A program made the translations under genes and the position numbers. Positions 51,366 to 64,000 of a stretch of DNA of 64,000 nucleotides are shown piece by piece. Origin of the DNA: Raillietiella orientalis (Eukaryota); the NCBI GenBank assembly GCA_036172245.1, contig JAYWIR010000123.1, positions 1 through 64,000 on the forward strand. Direction: 5' to 3'. The notes beneath the pieces were generated by a model. That model was not told the DNA's origin. It was given only the letters and a program-made list of their open reading frames with translations, and did no database searches. Each line of letters starts with the position of its first letter. Within the stretch, counting starts at the first letter, position 1.

Positions 51366-54300
51366 GTTGATTAAATATTGGATTCGAACTGATCCTGTAA
51401 ATATACATTCAGGAAATAAACAGGAAGGACGCGCTGAAGAAAATGGTTCATAACAATAAAAACATCATGAGATTCTTCTTTATAGTGTGTCGAAGTAGAA
51501 TTCTGTAGCAAACATTCCGACCAATACAAGACTTCCAACTAAGGTTGAGTGTTTCATTATGCGAACGATGAGTTCTCAGTAAAGCAAGTGGAACTAAGAG
51601 AAGAGAAGACTCTTCTTAGTATCTAGTGTCATGAGAGAGTTGAAGCAGATGTGCTCTGTTAAGCAGCTTCAATCCTCATGTGCTCATATTTGAATAGTAA
51701 ATGATGAAAATACATTATCAGTAATTGGGCTTTCACAGATAGGAAAGGAATGCATCTTCCGGAAAGGAAGTTCATCAAATGGCACATGTGTACTGGGTTG
51801 CGTTACTTAAAGAAATCTGCATACATCACTGTATTCAATGAGTCTGCAGATGCATGTGAGCAAAGAATAGTTTCCGCACCAAAGGACTTTTACTTAGCTG
51901 TAACACACATCCACACAGAGAATCTCAAGATGGAATAGAGAAACTCTTTTATTATTTGCAGATGCAAGAGCACAAGGAATCTATCTGCTCCTCAATCCTT
52001 GACGACAAGATTTAGTAAGGTGTCTGCTTGCCAGTTACATGATAACGTGGTTGGTAATATTCCAGCATTTCGACCGACGACAAGTCTGAGAAAACAACTG
52101 ATCAATTTTATCCCTTGACCTTCGAAAATCAAGTATCCGATATTTTCGAATAGTTTTTTCATCATGGACTTGTCCTCCAGTTTAAGAGCGTGAATGAAAA
52201 GCCTTAGTTATAAAGTATGCTGTGAATGACACATGCATTATTAACAAAGAAATGGGAAGCACAAATACCCTGGGAACATTCTAACAGATTTCCAGGATCG
52301 TTTAGCATGTTAGAAACGAAAATAAGATCAAAAAGTCAGTCGCTTTAAAATGAGCCCAAACTCTTCAACTTTCAAAAATCTGCAAAATACATATAACAAT
52401 GAACTGCTTAAATTGATTTCATTAAAGTACGCAGTTTTTCCACCTGTTGAACGAACACAACCAAAAAGATGCTTTGCGTAATCCTCTTTAAAGCCATATC
52501 AAAATTAATAGTGAAGCAAATACTTAAAACGTCCTCTGTCTCCTATCAAAGTAAACAAGGTAGCAAATACCATCGAATGATGTCAAAGCAAAATTAGCCA
52601 CCATAGTTTGACTCTCTCGTCGTGCTGCGGAAAACAACGGATGATTCACTTTTCCACATCGGAGGACGTTCTCGGCACACCACAGCCGTAGAGAATATTC
52701 CCATTACGGAGAAATATAGCCCACAATATAGTCAACGGAATGCTCTCCGAGTAAGAAAGAAAACACAACGAGTTTGCAACATAAGATGCGTATCAGAAGA
52801 GCCTCGAGCTGGCTGGTGGCGACAACGCACGATAGCTTTCAAGTGTGGCAGGAAAAGGCCTTGAACAAGATAGGCGACTTGAATAAGAAAACTGAGATAT
52901 TACACAAACAGGAACGGGCAGAAAGGAATTTCAGGACATCAAAGGTTGTGAAAAGTGTTTTCCTTAAAACGTAAAGATTCTGCCAAAGAACGTCCAATAG
53001 GAATAGATTTGAGAGAAACGTGTGCAGGCGCAATATGGCGGCAGTATGCCATGTATACCATAACAGCGAATGCACCACCGGCAGTAGGCTGCAACTGCAA
53101 ACAGGGAAGCACCTATTGTGGCACGATGGAATGCTCCAGGGGACCAGGCAGGAAGGCACGAATGTTAGAAACGAAATTCGCTTTCGCAAGACCAAAATAC
53201 ACATTGGATGCGGCAGTACCTTCCGCAATCTGCATGGAACAAAAAGTTAAGGGGTTCCATGCGTGGCACACACACCTTCACCAAACCATCAAACTGCGGT
53301 TTCACAATAGAAAACAGGAATCCAGAAAGCCGACGGCATTTCCTTTTCCATCTTCGGAGAGAAATACGAGAACAAATCCTTCAAACGCTATCGCAGACAA
53401 TGACACGTATTTTAGAAGTGGATGTTTTCGTTCTCCTGTGATGATAACATGAAGCACTTCGCCACTTTTCTCGGGAACGGTTTGCACGAGACCATTTTCC
53501 GGAAGAGGTTCGTGCAAGGGTATTGAAGGATGGAGGAACAAACAGAGAACATACGAAATCCGTTGGAAAAATTACTTTATTCAATAGGGGGCGCGGAAGA
53601 AATCGTAGCTTCTCCCCTACTGTCCCCGTTGTGCCCTCAAGGATGCTGGCAAATCCTTGTTTGTTGCTCACTATGGACGAGCACGTCACCGCGGAAATTT
53701 CGATCTGATATCCTCCCACGAATCGAAGAATATGGCTGCTATATTTTTCCTGCTTCTTTCGTCGCTGCTCCCAGCGGTCACGGTTCCGCAAACAGAGCAT
53801 AATACTGAGATTCCTCAGGCAAGCCAAATTCGGGTTCGCTCCCGCAAACAAATAAAGAGCCCGTTGGTGGCTTCAATGAAGTTATACGACGAAGTAGAGC
53901 GTTCACGCTCACGTCGGAAAGGAAGATACCCAAGAGGCAGGATCGTCATGTTTCCATTTGCCTTCCTCTGCTCCATTCTGGTGCCAGAATATTTCTTATC
54001 AAGTGTTGAGATTCGCTTTGCATTGGTTGACTGAGCCCAACAGTCGCGAAGCAGAGTTTCCCCATCCCACAAGAAGCATCGATTCGTCTCTAAACGGGGT
54101 GCGGAACTTCAATGCTCGCAACGCAATTCCGATTGATCTGCTCGACGCCGAATTCTTGAAATACGAAAGCAAACCTAGGTAAACGTTTAAGCTCTGAACG
54201 CACCGCGCAGCATTTCAACATCAGCGTCCTTATTGCGACCTAGCAGTGTGCCTTCTATGCTGCAGTATGCAATTTGTCTGGGTCACTACGTAGCAATCAT

Positions 54301-54656
54301 AGCATTACAGCAAAAACAGTTGACTGCGCTCGAATGAAGGTTATTGAGAAGTCCATTTTATCCTTCAGTAAGCAACGAGAGCAGTATTCCCTTTTTTGAG
54401 CTCCTCAGCGTGCCGAACATCTATGCGTGGTCTTGAAGTGTGATTATCGTCTGCACATGCTGGTAGCACAATAACGCTCACCAGCTTTGGCACATTCAAA
54501 AAAGTATAGTAACTTAGTAATCGCACCATGAAAAGCAGATGACTGCGAGCAACACGCAAGCACTACGAAGAAAGCTGCTGCCAAGTATTCCAAAAAGAGC
54601 TTCAGCTATGGAAAGTGCACACAATTTGTAGTCACTTTCACAATCCCGAGTTGCGC

Positions 54657-56049
54657 GTCGGGATGCTGGATTGGGTATCCTGACAATGAAGCGAATCGGA
54701 CTGCAGGTGCATTCCGACTGCTGGCACTGTGTGCTTTGCTGTGGACATCGCCCCTGTGTGTGCCAGCACGCATTCTCCTACGGAGATGCGCCGGAAGCGG
54801 ACGACTGCTGCCGCTGTTACCGGGCTCGCAATACAGGAAGCGAAGTTTCAACTATACTTTGCGGCAATTGGCCGCACTTCTGGAGGCTTACTCGTGTATC
54901 TCGTCAAGCCCAATAAACTTCGACGCTAGGCAGTACGAGTCTGTCGAATGCCGGTGGGCGTTTCCAGGAATGCGCCCTGATGATCTTCGCTCCCAGCGCC
55001 ATCTTCTTCCGCGATCTTTGGAAGAGGAACTGCAGGACAAGGTGAAGTTATTACCCTGGCTGCCACGCCTCTCGCCGCAGCGCTGTATGCCCTCAGGGTA
55101 AGAAACGACAGTTGCCAACCGGCGAGGTGGGAGGTTTCCTGCACGATGGCGGGAAAAACGAAACTCCTTGGGGCCTGGAAAACAAGTGAGCAGGCGGACG
55201 CCGCGACTCCTCGTTCTACTGCAAAGGGACTCCGGTGGGCAGAAGAACTTGGTGTCACCCCCGGAGAACATGTAGTCCTTCCACAGTGTGTTGACAGTTC
55301 GCTGTTCCCCTTTGCTTGGAAACAAGACGTGCTGCTTTTCGTTCATTGGAGTTTTAAGTGCAACTAGCGTTGGCATCGTGAATCCGGGGGACCTACGTCT
55401 GCGAACTGCGTTCGGTGCGGCTTGACGGAGTCGATTGCGCACCTATTCTGAACTGCGGTGTCCTACAAGGACCGCGACGTAGCCTGGCAACAGCACTAAT
55501 GCATCCCTTGGACACGGCAAGAGAATTGCTGCGACGATTCTTCACGCCGAGCGGGCTGTCTGCAAGCGCAACGATTGCAACCTTCGGCTGCATACGCGCC
55601 ATAGTTTCAGACCGTCAGGCGCTGGTAATCAACGGGAAGTATCAACAGGTAGTCGGAAAGGCAGCCTCCTATATGAAAGCGGCCGCCAGATGGCCTCAAT
55701 TGACCGAGGGCACAAAAAGGGATCTCGCCGGCATACACCGTCGGTTTGCAGACGCTACTCAGCAGCGCACCCGGTAACCCTTTTCCCTTGCCTCCATCAA
55801 GTTTACGTTTTTTTTCCTTTTTCTTCCACTTCCGTCCTCTTTGGATCCGGAACATTCTGAGTGCTGTCTCTTGTGAATCCCCGTGAGTAAGGAGCCCTAC
55901 CAAAGAGCGGTTACCCCTCCCTCCAGGTTTTGTGTTCAGCAGGCCTTTGTACTGGTAACTTCTCTTTGTTCCTTGTCCTTTGTTTGGTGTGGGACATTGC
56001 CGCTGACCGGTTTATTTTAAATAAACGCCCTGGCGTGACCAAGTGATGA
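54657..56049 (+). mobile_element. 5'-truncated LINE of a divergent subfamily in the left arm of inverted repeat 2
   Basis: GC-rich insert with LFPFAWKQDVLLFVHW and a 3' AATAAA-hairpin. Left TSD 54634-54656; right TSD partly deleted (56050-56062). Confidence 0.85.
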
Positions 56050-58284
56050 ACTTTCACAATCCAGAGGGATGAGTACGGGAAATTTCTGTCCATGTTAACC
56101 CAACATTAGAAGCAGGACGCAAGCATGTGTTAATCAGTTGCTAAATGCATCTCGAAAAACTCTTTGCTTTGTGTTATTCTTGTTTTTCCTGCTCCATGTA
56201 CTGAGATGAAATCAACGTTGTGCCGTCCAAAAGATGAGCAGTCTTCATTGCATCTGGACTACAACCATGCGTTGAAGAAGAACTGGCACAACCCTTGACG
56301 GGATTTCGGAGACCGCAGCTCACGCGTATGTTTCAAGGGTTGGGTCCACCATGCCAGGCATCTCCAAGTACCATTAAAGGAACGACGGCACAGTTGATCT
56401 TGCTGCTGCTTTGAACGCGAGCATAATGATTCCATTTATTTCCATACCATGTGTTATGCGATTGTCTCCCATCCGGGATGGAAGCAGCTTCGAACCTGAG
56501 GAGATGCCTAGATAAAATGCAAAATGCCATGGTGAAATTCTCGTATATTAGCCACGATATCACGCTCTGTTCTCGTGCTTTTGCAGACTCTCTTGCGTGC
56601 GCTGACAGACTCGTCCATCTGACACAGCTTCCCCAGTTCGATCTTTGTGATTTCACGAAATGCGCTCTTTGAAATACTGAGATTGGAAGGGATTTGTTTC
56701 TTCAAGGTTATTCGTGATGCACGCTTCCTCTGATGCTGACAACATTAATACCATCTATTTTTCTTTACACCTAAAAGAACACTTGTGGATGCATTGTGGA
56801 AGGCACCGAAAGCATTTTCATGAGAACAGTGAGCAAGACGTTCGATCACCCGCAATGTTCGAAGAGAGCGCTGACGGTTCCCGGAAACAGACTCGAAGGG
56901 TTTGCAGAAAGCATGGACTCTGCAGCAAGAAACAAAGTTGACCGATAAAGAAGCAGAATAATAAGGCATTCAGCCTCAATCGAAATTTCCAATTAAATTA
57001 TTTCCAGATAAAAAAAGCGTAATATATGCTTTCCTCAGTTCACTTTTCTAAGGCCGAAAATGAAAATCCACGTAAGAGACTGTCAGTACTTTTGTTGCAC
57101 TACGTGGAATCTCGAAGTGTTCAATGGATTTCGTAGGATGACAACATGCATTTGGAGATTTCTGCTTTCACGCTTAACATGCATGTTGACGGTTTCCATA
57201 GGAATCCAGGACTTGGTATCGTGTTGGTAGTGACGCACCGGGTTCAGATGAGCAACCGTTGGGTCTGATAAGACAGCCAGATTCAGGTATTCTCTCTATT
57301 GGAAATTTCGACTGAGGCTGAATACCGTACCATTCTGCTTCTTCATCAGTCAACTTTCTTTGTTGCTGCAGAGTACACGCTTCCTGGAAACCCTGCGTGT
57401 CTGTTTCCGGGCACCAACAGCGCTCTCCTCGAACATTGCGGGTGATCGAACGTCTTGCTCACTGTTTCCATGAAAATGCTCTCGGCGCCTTCCACAATGC
57501 ATCCACAAGTGTTCTTCCAGGTGCAAACAAATATAGAGTGTATTTCTGTTTTCAGCATCAGAGAAAGCGTGCATCACCAATAACCTTGAAGAAACAAATC
57601 CCTTCCAATCTCAGGATTTCAAAGAGAGCAATTTGTTCGATCACAAACAATCGAACTGAAGAAGCTGTCAGATGGACGAGTCTGTCATCGTACGCAAGCG
57701 AGTCTGCAAAAGCACGAGAACAGAGCGTGATATCGTGGCTAATAAACGAGAATTCCACCATGACATTTTGCATTTTACCTAAGCATCTCCTCAGGTTCGA
57801 CGCTGCTTCCATTCCGGATGGGAGACAATCGCATTACACATAGTATGGAAATAAATGGAATCATTATGCTCGCGTTCGAAGCAGCAGCTAGATGAACTCT
57901 GTCGCCCTTCCTTTAATGGTACTTGGAGATGCCTGGCATTGTGGACCCAACCGCTGAAACATACGCGTCAGCTGCGGTCTCCGAAATCCCGCCAAGGGTT
58001 GTGCCAGTGCTTCTTCAACGCATGGTTGTTGTCCAGATGCAATGGAGACTGCTCATCCTTTGGACTGCACAACGTTTATTTCATCTCAGTACATGGAGCA
58101 GGAAAAACAAGAATTCCACAGAGCAAAGAGTTTTTCCCGATGCATTTAGAAATTGTCTAACACATGCTTGCGTCGTGTTTCTAATGTTGGGACAGAAATA
58201 GACAGAAATTTCCCGTACTCATCCCGAATGGAATTTTGAGAAGTGACAATTGGAATGTGCGGCGCAACTCGGGATTGTAAAAGT

Positions 58285-59677
58285 TCATCACCCGGTCACT
58301 CCGGGGCGTTTATTTAAAATAAACCGGTGAGGGACAATGTCCCTAACCAAAGAAAGGACAAGGAACAAAGAGAAGTTTCCAGCACACAGGCCTGCTGAAC
58401 ACAAAATCTGGAGGGAGGGGTAACGCCTCTTTGGTGGGGCTCCGTACTCACGGGGATTCACAAGAGAGAGCACCTAGAATGTTCCGGATCCTAAGGGGAC
58501 GGAAGTGGAACAAAAAGAAAAAAAAACATAAACTTGATGGGAGCGATGGGAAAGGGTCACCGGGTGCGCTGCTGGGTAGCGTCTGCAAACCGACGGTGTA
58601 TGCCGGCGAGATCCCTTTCTGTGTCCTCGGTCAATTAAGGCCATCTGGCGGCCGCTTTCATATAGGAGGCTGCCTTTCCGACTACCTGTTGATACTTCCC
58701 GTTGATTACCAGCGCCTGACGGACTGAAACTATGGCGCGTATGCAACCGAAGGTTGCTATCCTTGCGCTTGCAGACAGCCCGCTCGGCGTGAAGAATCGT
58801 CGCAGCAATTCTCTTGCCGTGTCCAAGGGATGCATTAGTGCTGTTGCCAGGCTATGTCGCGGTCCTTGTAGGACACCGCAGTTCAGAATAGGTGCGGGAT
58901 CGACTCCGTCGAGCCGCACCGAACGCAGCTCGCAGACGCAGGTCCGAGGGATTCACGATTCCAACGCTCGTTGCACTGAAAACCCCAATGAACGGAAAGC
59001 AGCACAGCTTGTTTCCAAGGAAAGGGGAGCAGCGAACTGTCAACACACTGTGGAAGGACTACATGTTCTTTGGGGGTGACACCAAGTTCTTCTGCTTGCC
59101 GGAGTCCCTTTGCAGTAGAACGAGGAGTCGCGGCGTCCGCCTGCTCACTTGTTTTCCAGGCCCCAAGGAGTTTCGTTTTTCCCGCTATCGTGGAGGAAAC
59201 TTCCCACCTCGCCGGTTTCCAACTGTCGTTTCTTGCCCTGAGGGTAGACAGCGCTGCGGCGAGAGGCGTGGCAGCCAGGGTAATAACTTCACCTTGTCCT
59301 GCAGTTCCTCTTTCAAAGATCGCGGAAGAAGATGGCGGTGGACGCGAAGAACTTCAGGGCGCATTCCTGGGAACGCCCACCGGCATTCAACAGACTCCAA
59401 CCGCCAAGCGTCGAAGTTTATTGGGCTTGACGAGATACACGAGTAGGCCTTAAGAAGTGCGGCCAATTGCCGCAAAGGATAGTTGAAACCTCGCTTTCTG
59501 TATTGCGAGTCCGGAAACAGCAGCAGCAGTCGTCCGCTGCCGGCGCATCTCCGTAGGGGAATGCGTGCTGGCACACACAGGGGGGATGTCCACAGCAGGG
59601 CACACAGTGCCAGCAGTCGGAATGCACCTGCAGTCCGATTCGCTTCATTGTCAGGATACACAATCCAGCATACCGAC
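58285..59677 (-). mobile_element. Same LINE insertion in the right arm, with a 23-bp TSD
   Basis: GCGCAACTCGGGATTGT(A/G)AAAGT at 58262-58284 and 59678-59700. The homologous site in locus 1 (about 40440-40462) is empty. Confidence 0.9.
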
Positions 59678-62600
59678 GCGCAACTCGGGATTGTGAAAGT
59701 GACTACAAATTGTGTGCACTTTCCATAGCTGAAGCTCTTTTTGGAATACTTGGCAGCAGCTTTCTTCGTAGTGCTTGCGTGTTGCTCGCAGTCATCTGCT
59801 TTTCATGGTGCGATTACTAAGTTACTATACTGCTTCCAATGTGCCAAAGCTGGTGAGCGTTAATCTGCTACCAGCATCCGCAGACGATAATCACACTTCA
59901 GGACCACGCATAGATGTTCGGTACGCTGAGGAGCTCAAAAGAGGAAATTCTGCTCTCGTTGCTTACTGAAGGATAAAATGGACTTCTCAATAACCTCCAT
60001 TCGAGCGCAGGCAACTGTTTTTGCTGTAATGCTATGATGGCTACGTAGTAATTGAGACAAAGTGCATACCGCAGCATAGAAGGCACAGTGCTAGGTCGCA
60101 ATAAGGACGCTGATGTTGAAATGCTGCGCGGTGCGTTCAGAGCTTAAACGTTTACCTAGGTTTGCTTTCGTATTGAAAGAATTCGGCGTCGAGCAGATCA
60201 ATCGGAATCGCGTTGCGAGCATTGAAGTTCCGCACCCCGTTTAGAGACGAATCGATGCTTCTTTTGGGATGGGGAAACTCTGCTTCGCGACTGTTGTGCT
60301 CAGCCAACCCATGGAAAAGGAATCTCAGGAGTTGATGGGAAATAGTCTGGCACCAGAATGGAGCAGAGGAAGGCAAATGGAAACATGACGATCCTGCCTC
60401 TTGAGTATCTTCCTTTCCGACGTGATCGTGAACGCTCCACTTCATCGTGGGACTTCAGAGAATCCACCAACGGTCTCTTTGTTTCTTTGCGTGAGCGAAC
60501 CCGTATTTGGCTTGCCTAAGGAATCTAAGTATTGTTCTCCGTTTGCGAAACCGTGACCGTTAGGAGCACCGACGAAAGAAGCAGGAAAAATAAAGCAGCC
60601 ATATTCTTCGAATCTTGCAAGTATATGGGATGGAAACAACCGCGGTGACGCTCTCGCGCATAGTGAGCAGCAAGTAAGGATTTGCCAGCATCCTCGAGGG
60701 CACAAGGAGGACAGTAGGGGAGAAGCTACGATTTCTTCGGCGCCCTTTATTCATTACAGTAATTTTTCCTACTGATTTCCTATGTTCACTGTTTGTTGCT
60801 CCATCCTTCAATACCCTTGCACGAACGTCTTCCGGAAAATGGTTTCCAGCAAACCGTTCCCGAGAATAGTCGCGAAGTGCTTCATGCTGTCATCACAGGA
60901 GAACGAAAACATTCACTAATAAAACACGTGTTATTGTCTGCGATAGCGTTTGAAGGATTTGTTCTCGCATTTGTTTCCGAAGATGGGGAAGAAAATGCGT
61001 CGGCTTTTTGGATTCCAATTTTCTATTGTGAAACCAAAGTTTCATGGTTTTGTGAAGGTGTGTGGGCCACGCATGGAACCCCTTAAATTTTCGTTACATG
61101 CAGAATGCGCGAGCTGCTTCCGCATCAATGTGTATTTTGGGCTTGCGAAAGCGAATTTCGTTTGCAACTTTCGTGCGTTCCTGCCTGGTCTCCTGGACCA
61201 TTTCTTCGTGCCAGAATAGATGCTTCCCTGTTTGCAGTTGCAGCCTACTGCCGGTGGTGCATTCGCTGTGATTGTACACATGGCATACGGCCGCCATGCT
61301 GTGCCTGCACACGTTTCTCTCAAATCTACTCCTATTCGACGTTCTTTGGCAGGATCTTCACATGTTAAGGAAAACACTTTTCACAACCTTTGGTGTCCCG
61401 GAATTCCTTTCTGCTTGCTTCTTGTTGTCTACTATGGCAGTTTTCTTATTCAAGTCGCCTAAGTTGTTGTTCAATGACTTTGCCTGCCACACTTGAAAGC
61501 TATCGTGCGTTATCGCCTCCAGCCAGCCCGCCACTCTTTTGATACCCATCTTATGTTGCAAACTCGTTGTGGTATCTTTCTTACTCGGAGATCATTCCGT
61601 TGACTATATTGTGGGCTATATTTCTCCGTAATGGGAATATTGTCTACGGCTGTGGTCTACCGAGAACGTTCTCCGATGTGAAAAAGTGAATCATCCGTTG
61701 TTTTCCGCAGCATGACGAGAGAGATAGGAGCACTTGTTGGGAGGACAGCTTAGGAGAAGGAGGGGGGAGGAATTCCCATGTGCTTGCGGAAACTGCAAGG
61801 GAATCTGTATAAAACGCAGCGGAGCGGCGCTCTTCTCTCAATTTGTTGCTGAATTTTTCGCCCGTTTTGGCTGCTATTTTGAGAGAAAAGATGCTGTCAC
61901 TTCTATTCAACCTCGTAAGCAGTCGTTGGTGTTTGAAACCATGTTCTTTGTAGGAGTTCACTTCTTGTGTCGCATGCGAGACGATTTTTTCCGATTGCTT
62001 TCTGAATCGTTGATCTGAGGGGAAACAGCGCGCTGTGATACGAATCGCTCGGCTGCTCATTTTGAGGGCTTCTTAGTTTTGTAGCTGCTGCTCTTCTTTG
62101 TGCTTGAGTGACTTCGTGGTACTTCGGTTTTTTCATTTTTTCGTTTCTTTCTTTGCTTATCGAATTTATTCATTTTCACCTCGAGAATTCCGAGCAAGTG
62201 TTTCATCTTGGGGAATGGAACTTCTTTTCTTACTATGTTTCAATTGTTCTGAGAGATTTGTTGCTCTTGTTCGTTTCTCTGCTCTCCCGGATACATCTCA
62301 ATGTTATTTGGTTTCTTTTAATTCGTGTTTGCCGTTTACATCCCGTTGATCTTTTTGATGATTGCGAAGTAAGTCATGCTTTGGAAACTCGTTTTTTTTT
62401 TTTGTCTGCAATAGTTCTTGTATTTTTTTCAATGTCTCTTTCTTGCGTGTGGTTTTTGTCGTTGCTGCTTTATTTTCTTGTCTTCACTGCGATGGTTTTC
62501 TTAAATATTGAGTTTTTTAGGTTACTACTTTACTGGTTTTCCATTCGGCAGTAGTTTCTACAGATGTTCCTGCAACCAACTTTACTTCGGCGCCAGAAAG

Positions 62601-64000
62601 ATCTTTAACCGATTTGCTTGATTTTCGTCAGTTTCAGGGATCTTGTGATTTGTTCTTCGACAAGACGGCTGGAAATTGCCAAATGTCTTATGGTTCCGAG
62701 GTTTCTCTGCGTAGCGCGTGTGAGACTAGTATTTTTGTGAGTAAATTTCTGCATTTTGCTAAACGTTAAATGTATTTCAGGTAACGGGTCCCTCTGAAAG
62801 AGAGAACATCATTTTCTTTCTCCATGGATTGTCGAATAGTTGCTACCTTCGTTATCCTTCTAGCACGCAGTGGTATGTCCTTCTCTCGTGTGGATTTGAT
62901 GATGTGTGTATGGATGCTGAACCTCGGTATTCTTTCAGGCAATTGCTGCCGATTCCTTGAATTTGTGGGAGGGATGTATTGGTTTCGAAATATGATGAAT
63001 GGATGCTTTTGCATGGACGAGTTCTGAGGAATGTGTAAAACTATAGGGTTTTAAATCATTCGGCTAGTATGTGTCATCAAGTAACGATCTGTAAACACCG
63101 AACAGGATTCGCTCTGTGAATTGTCATCTCTGCTTATTTCACATCTGAAACAACAGAACGTAGTATCTACCTCGAAGTAGTAGGCTTTGATTTCTCGTTG
63201 TTCATCTTTGCGTGGATTATTTTTGCAGCCATTTTCTTGTTTACCGCCTGTTGCATTCTAGGCTGTTCCCAGGAGAGAATGTTGGATCAGTGCCTTGCAC
63301 TTTGCACTGCGACCCTGTTCGACAACCATCAGTTTTGGTTGACATAAGGAGCATATGATTTGGATGGTCATGGCAGACTCGGAATTTCTGAGAATAAAGT
63401 TTCCTAGTGCAGTTGTGCAGTTTGTTTCGCGAATTGATGTTCAGCAAACCGGTGTTCACTAAAAGATGGTGGGTACATGAAAGGGCTCGTTAGGAACAGG
63501 AATGTAGGCAAGCTCAAAGCTCGTCTGCCTTCTGCAGCAGCGTGTTCTCTTGAGGCCGCAAGGAGGGGAGTTCGGCACTTTCTATCAAAAGCTTCACATG
63601 AAAAATTAACCCAATACTACTCATTTAACGCACATGGAAATTGTTGCTCCCCATGAGGATTGATTTCAAATCATGGAACATTCTTTATGGAGTAAAGATT
63701 TTCAAACACACAGCATTTTTTGGAAACCAAATGTTTTTAGCAGCCTTAAAAATGTTGATGATTTCATTCTATGAACGGCGAGGTTCCAGATCATCAAGTT
63801 ATTTTTTCTGAATGATGTTTGAATGAAGAATTCATATCATAAAATCAAATCTGCAAAAGGCTCTCATAGAAGCAGATCTTGGTTACGTGATCAACGATTG
63901 TGTATGACGATGTTCATTTCAAGCACATGGAATTTGGTCTTTTTGACAACCTCGACAGAGGGACTGCTTTGTTCTTCATCACTGTATCTATCGGCTTTTT

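Larger units (their letters stand above)
52613..61722. repeat. Large inverted repeat 2: arms about 52613-56993 and 57298-61722, about 300-bp spacer
   Basis: Mirror ORFs 54606-54851/59483-59728, 54888-55442/58892-59446 and 53020-53250/61094-61312. Confidence 0.95.
51371..62420. repeat. Unclassified AT-rich repeat, locus 2 (forward unit 51371-57297, inverted unit 57298 to about 62420)
   Basis: Homologous to locus 1. ORF 61644-62060 (-) shares REERRSAAFYTDSLAVS with ORF 38302-38592 (+). Confidence 0.85.

Noticed and set aside
53240..53290. GFHAWHTH as a KDZ/Zisupton transposase motif
   Set aside because: The homologue reads GFDAWPTH and I found no other KDZ motifs, so the evidence is insufficient.
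62420..64000. Short ORFs here and in 32480-36000 as host genes
   Set aside because: All are short with no recognisable motifs. I cannot support a call, though spliced or decayed genes are not excluded.

Overview
Eukaryotic, repeat-saturated window with no intact host gene that I can recognise. About 1-32,480 and 44,300-51,365 (GC-rich) form a dense nest of more than 20 decayed or truncated copies of an L1/Tx1-type non-LTR retrotransposon group from several divergent subfamilies. These carry ORF1 with CCHC zinc knuckles and ORF2 with APE endonuclease, RT and a C-terminal CCHC. Target-site duplications (TSDs) resolve a Russian-doll structure: element Z (+) contains A (-), which contains B (+), and both insertions are antisense at the same nucleotide of the ORF2 'GFGE' codons. 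A second site (HWxRGS) and an ORF1 site also appear to be reused. Almost all 3' ends finish with AATAAA plus a CCCGG-N5-CCGGG hairpin and no long poly(A), and most are followed by C(G/T)(C/T)C. The AT-richer remainder (about 32.5-44.9 kb and 51.4-64 kb) contains an unclassified multi-kb repeat present at two loci, each folded into a large inverted repeat. Element letters are my own labels. Identities are eyeballed from short alignments, and boundaries without TSDs are approximate.
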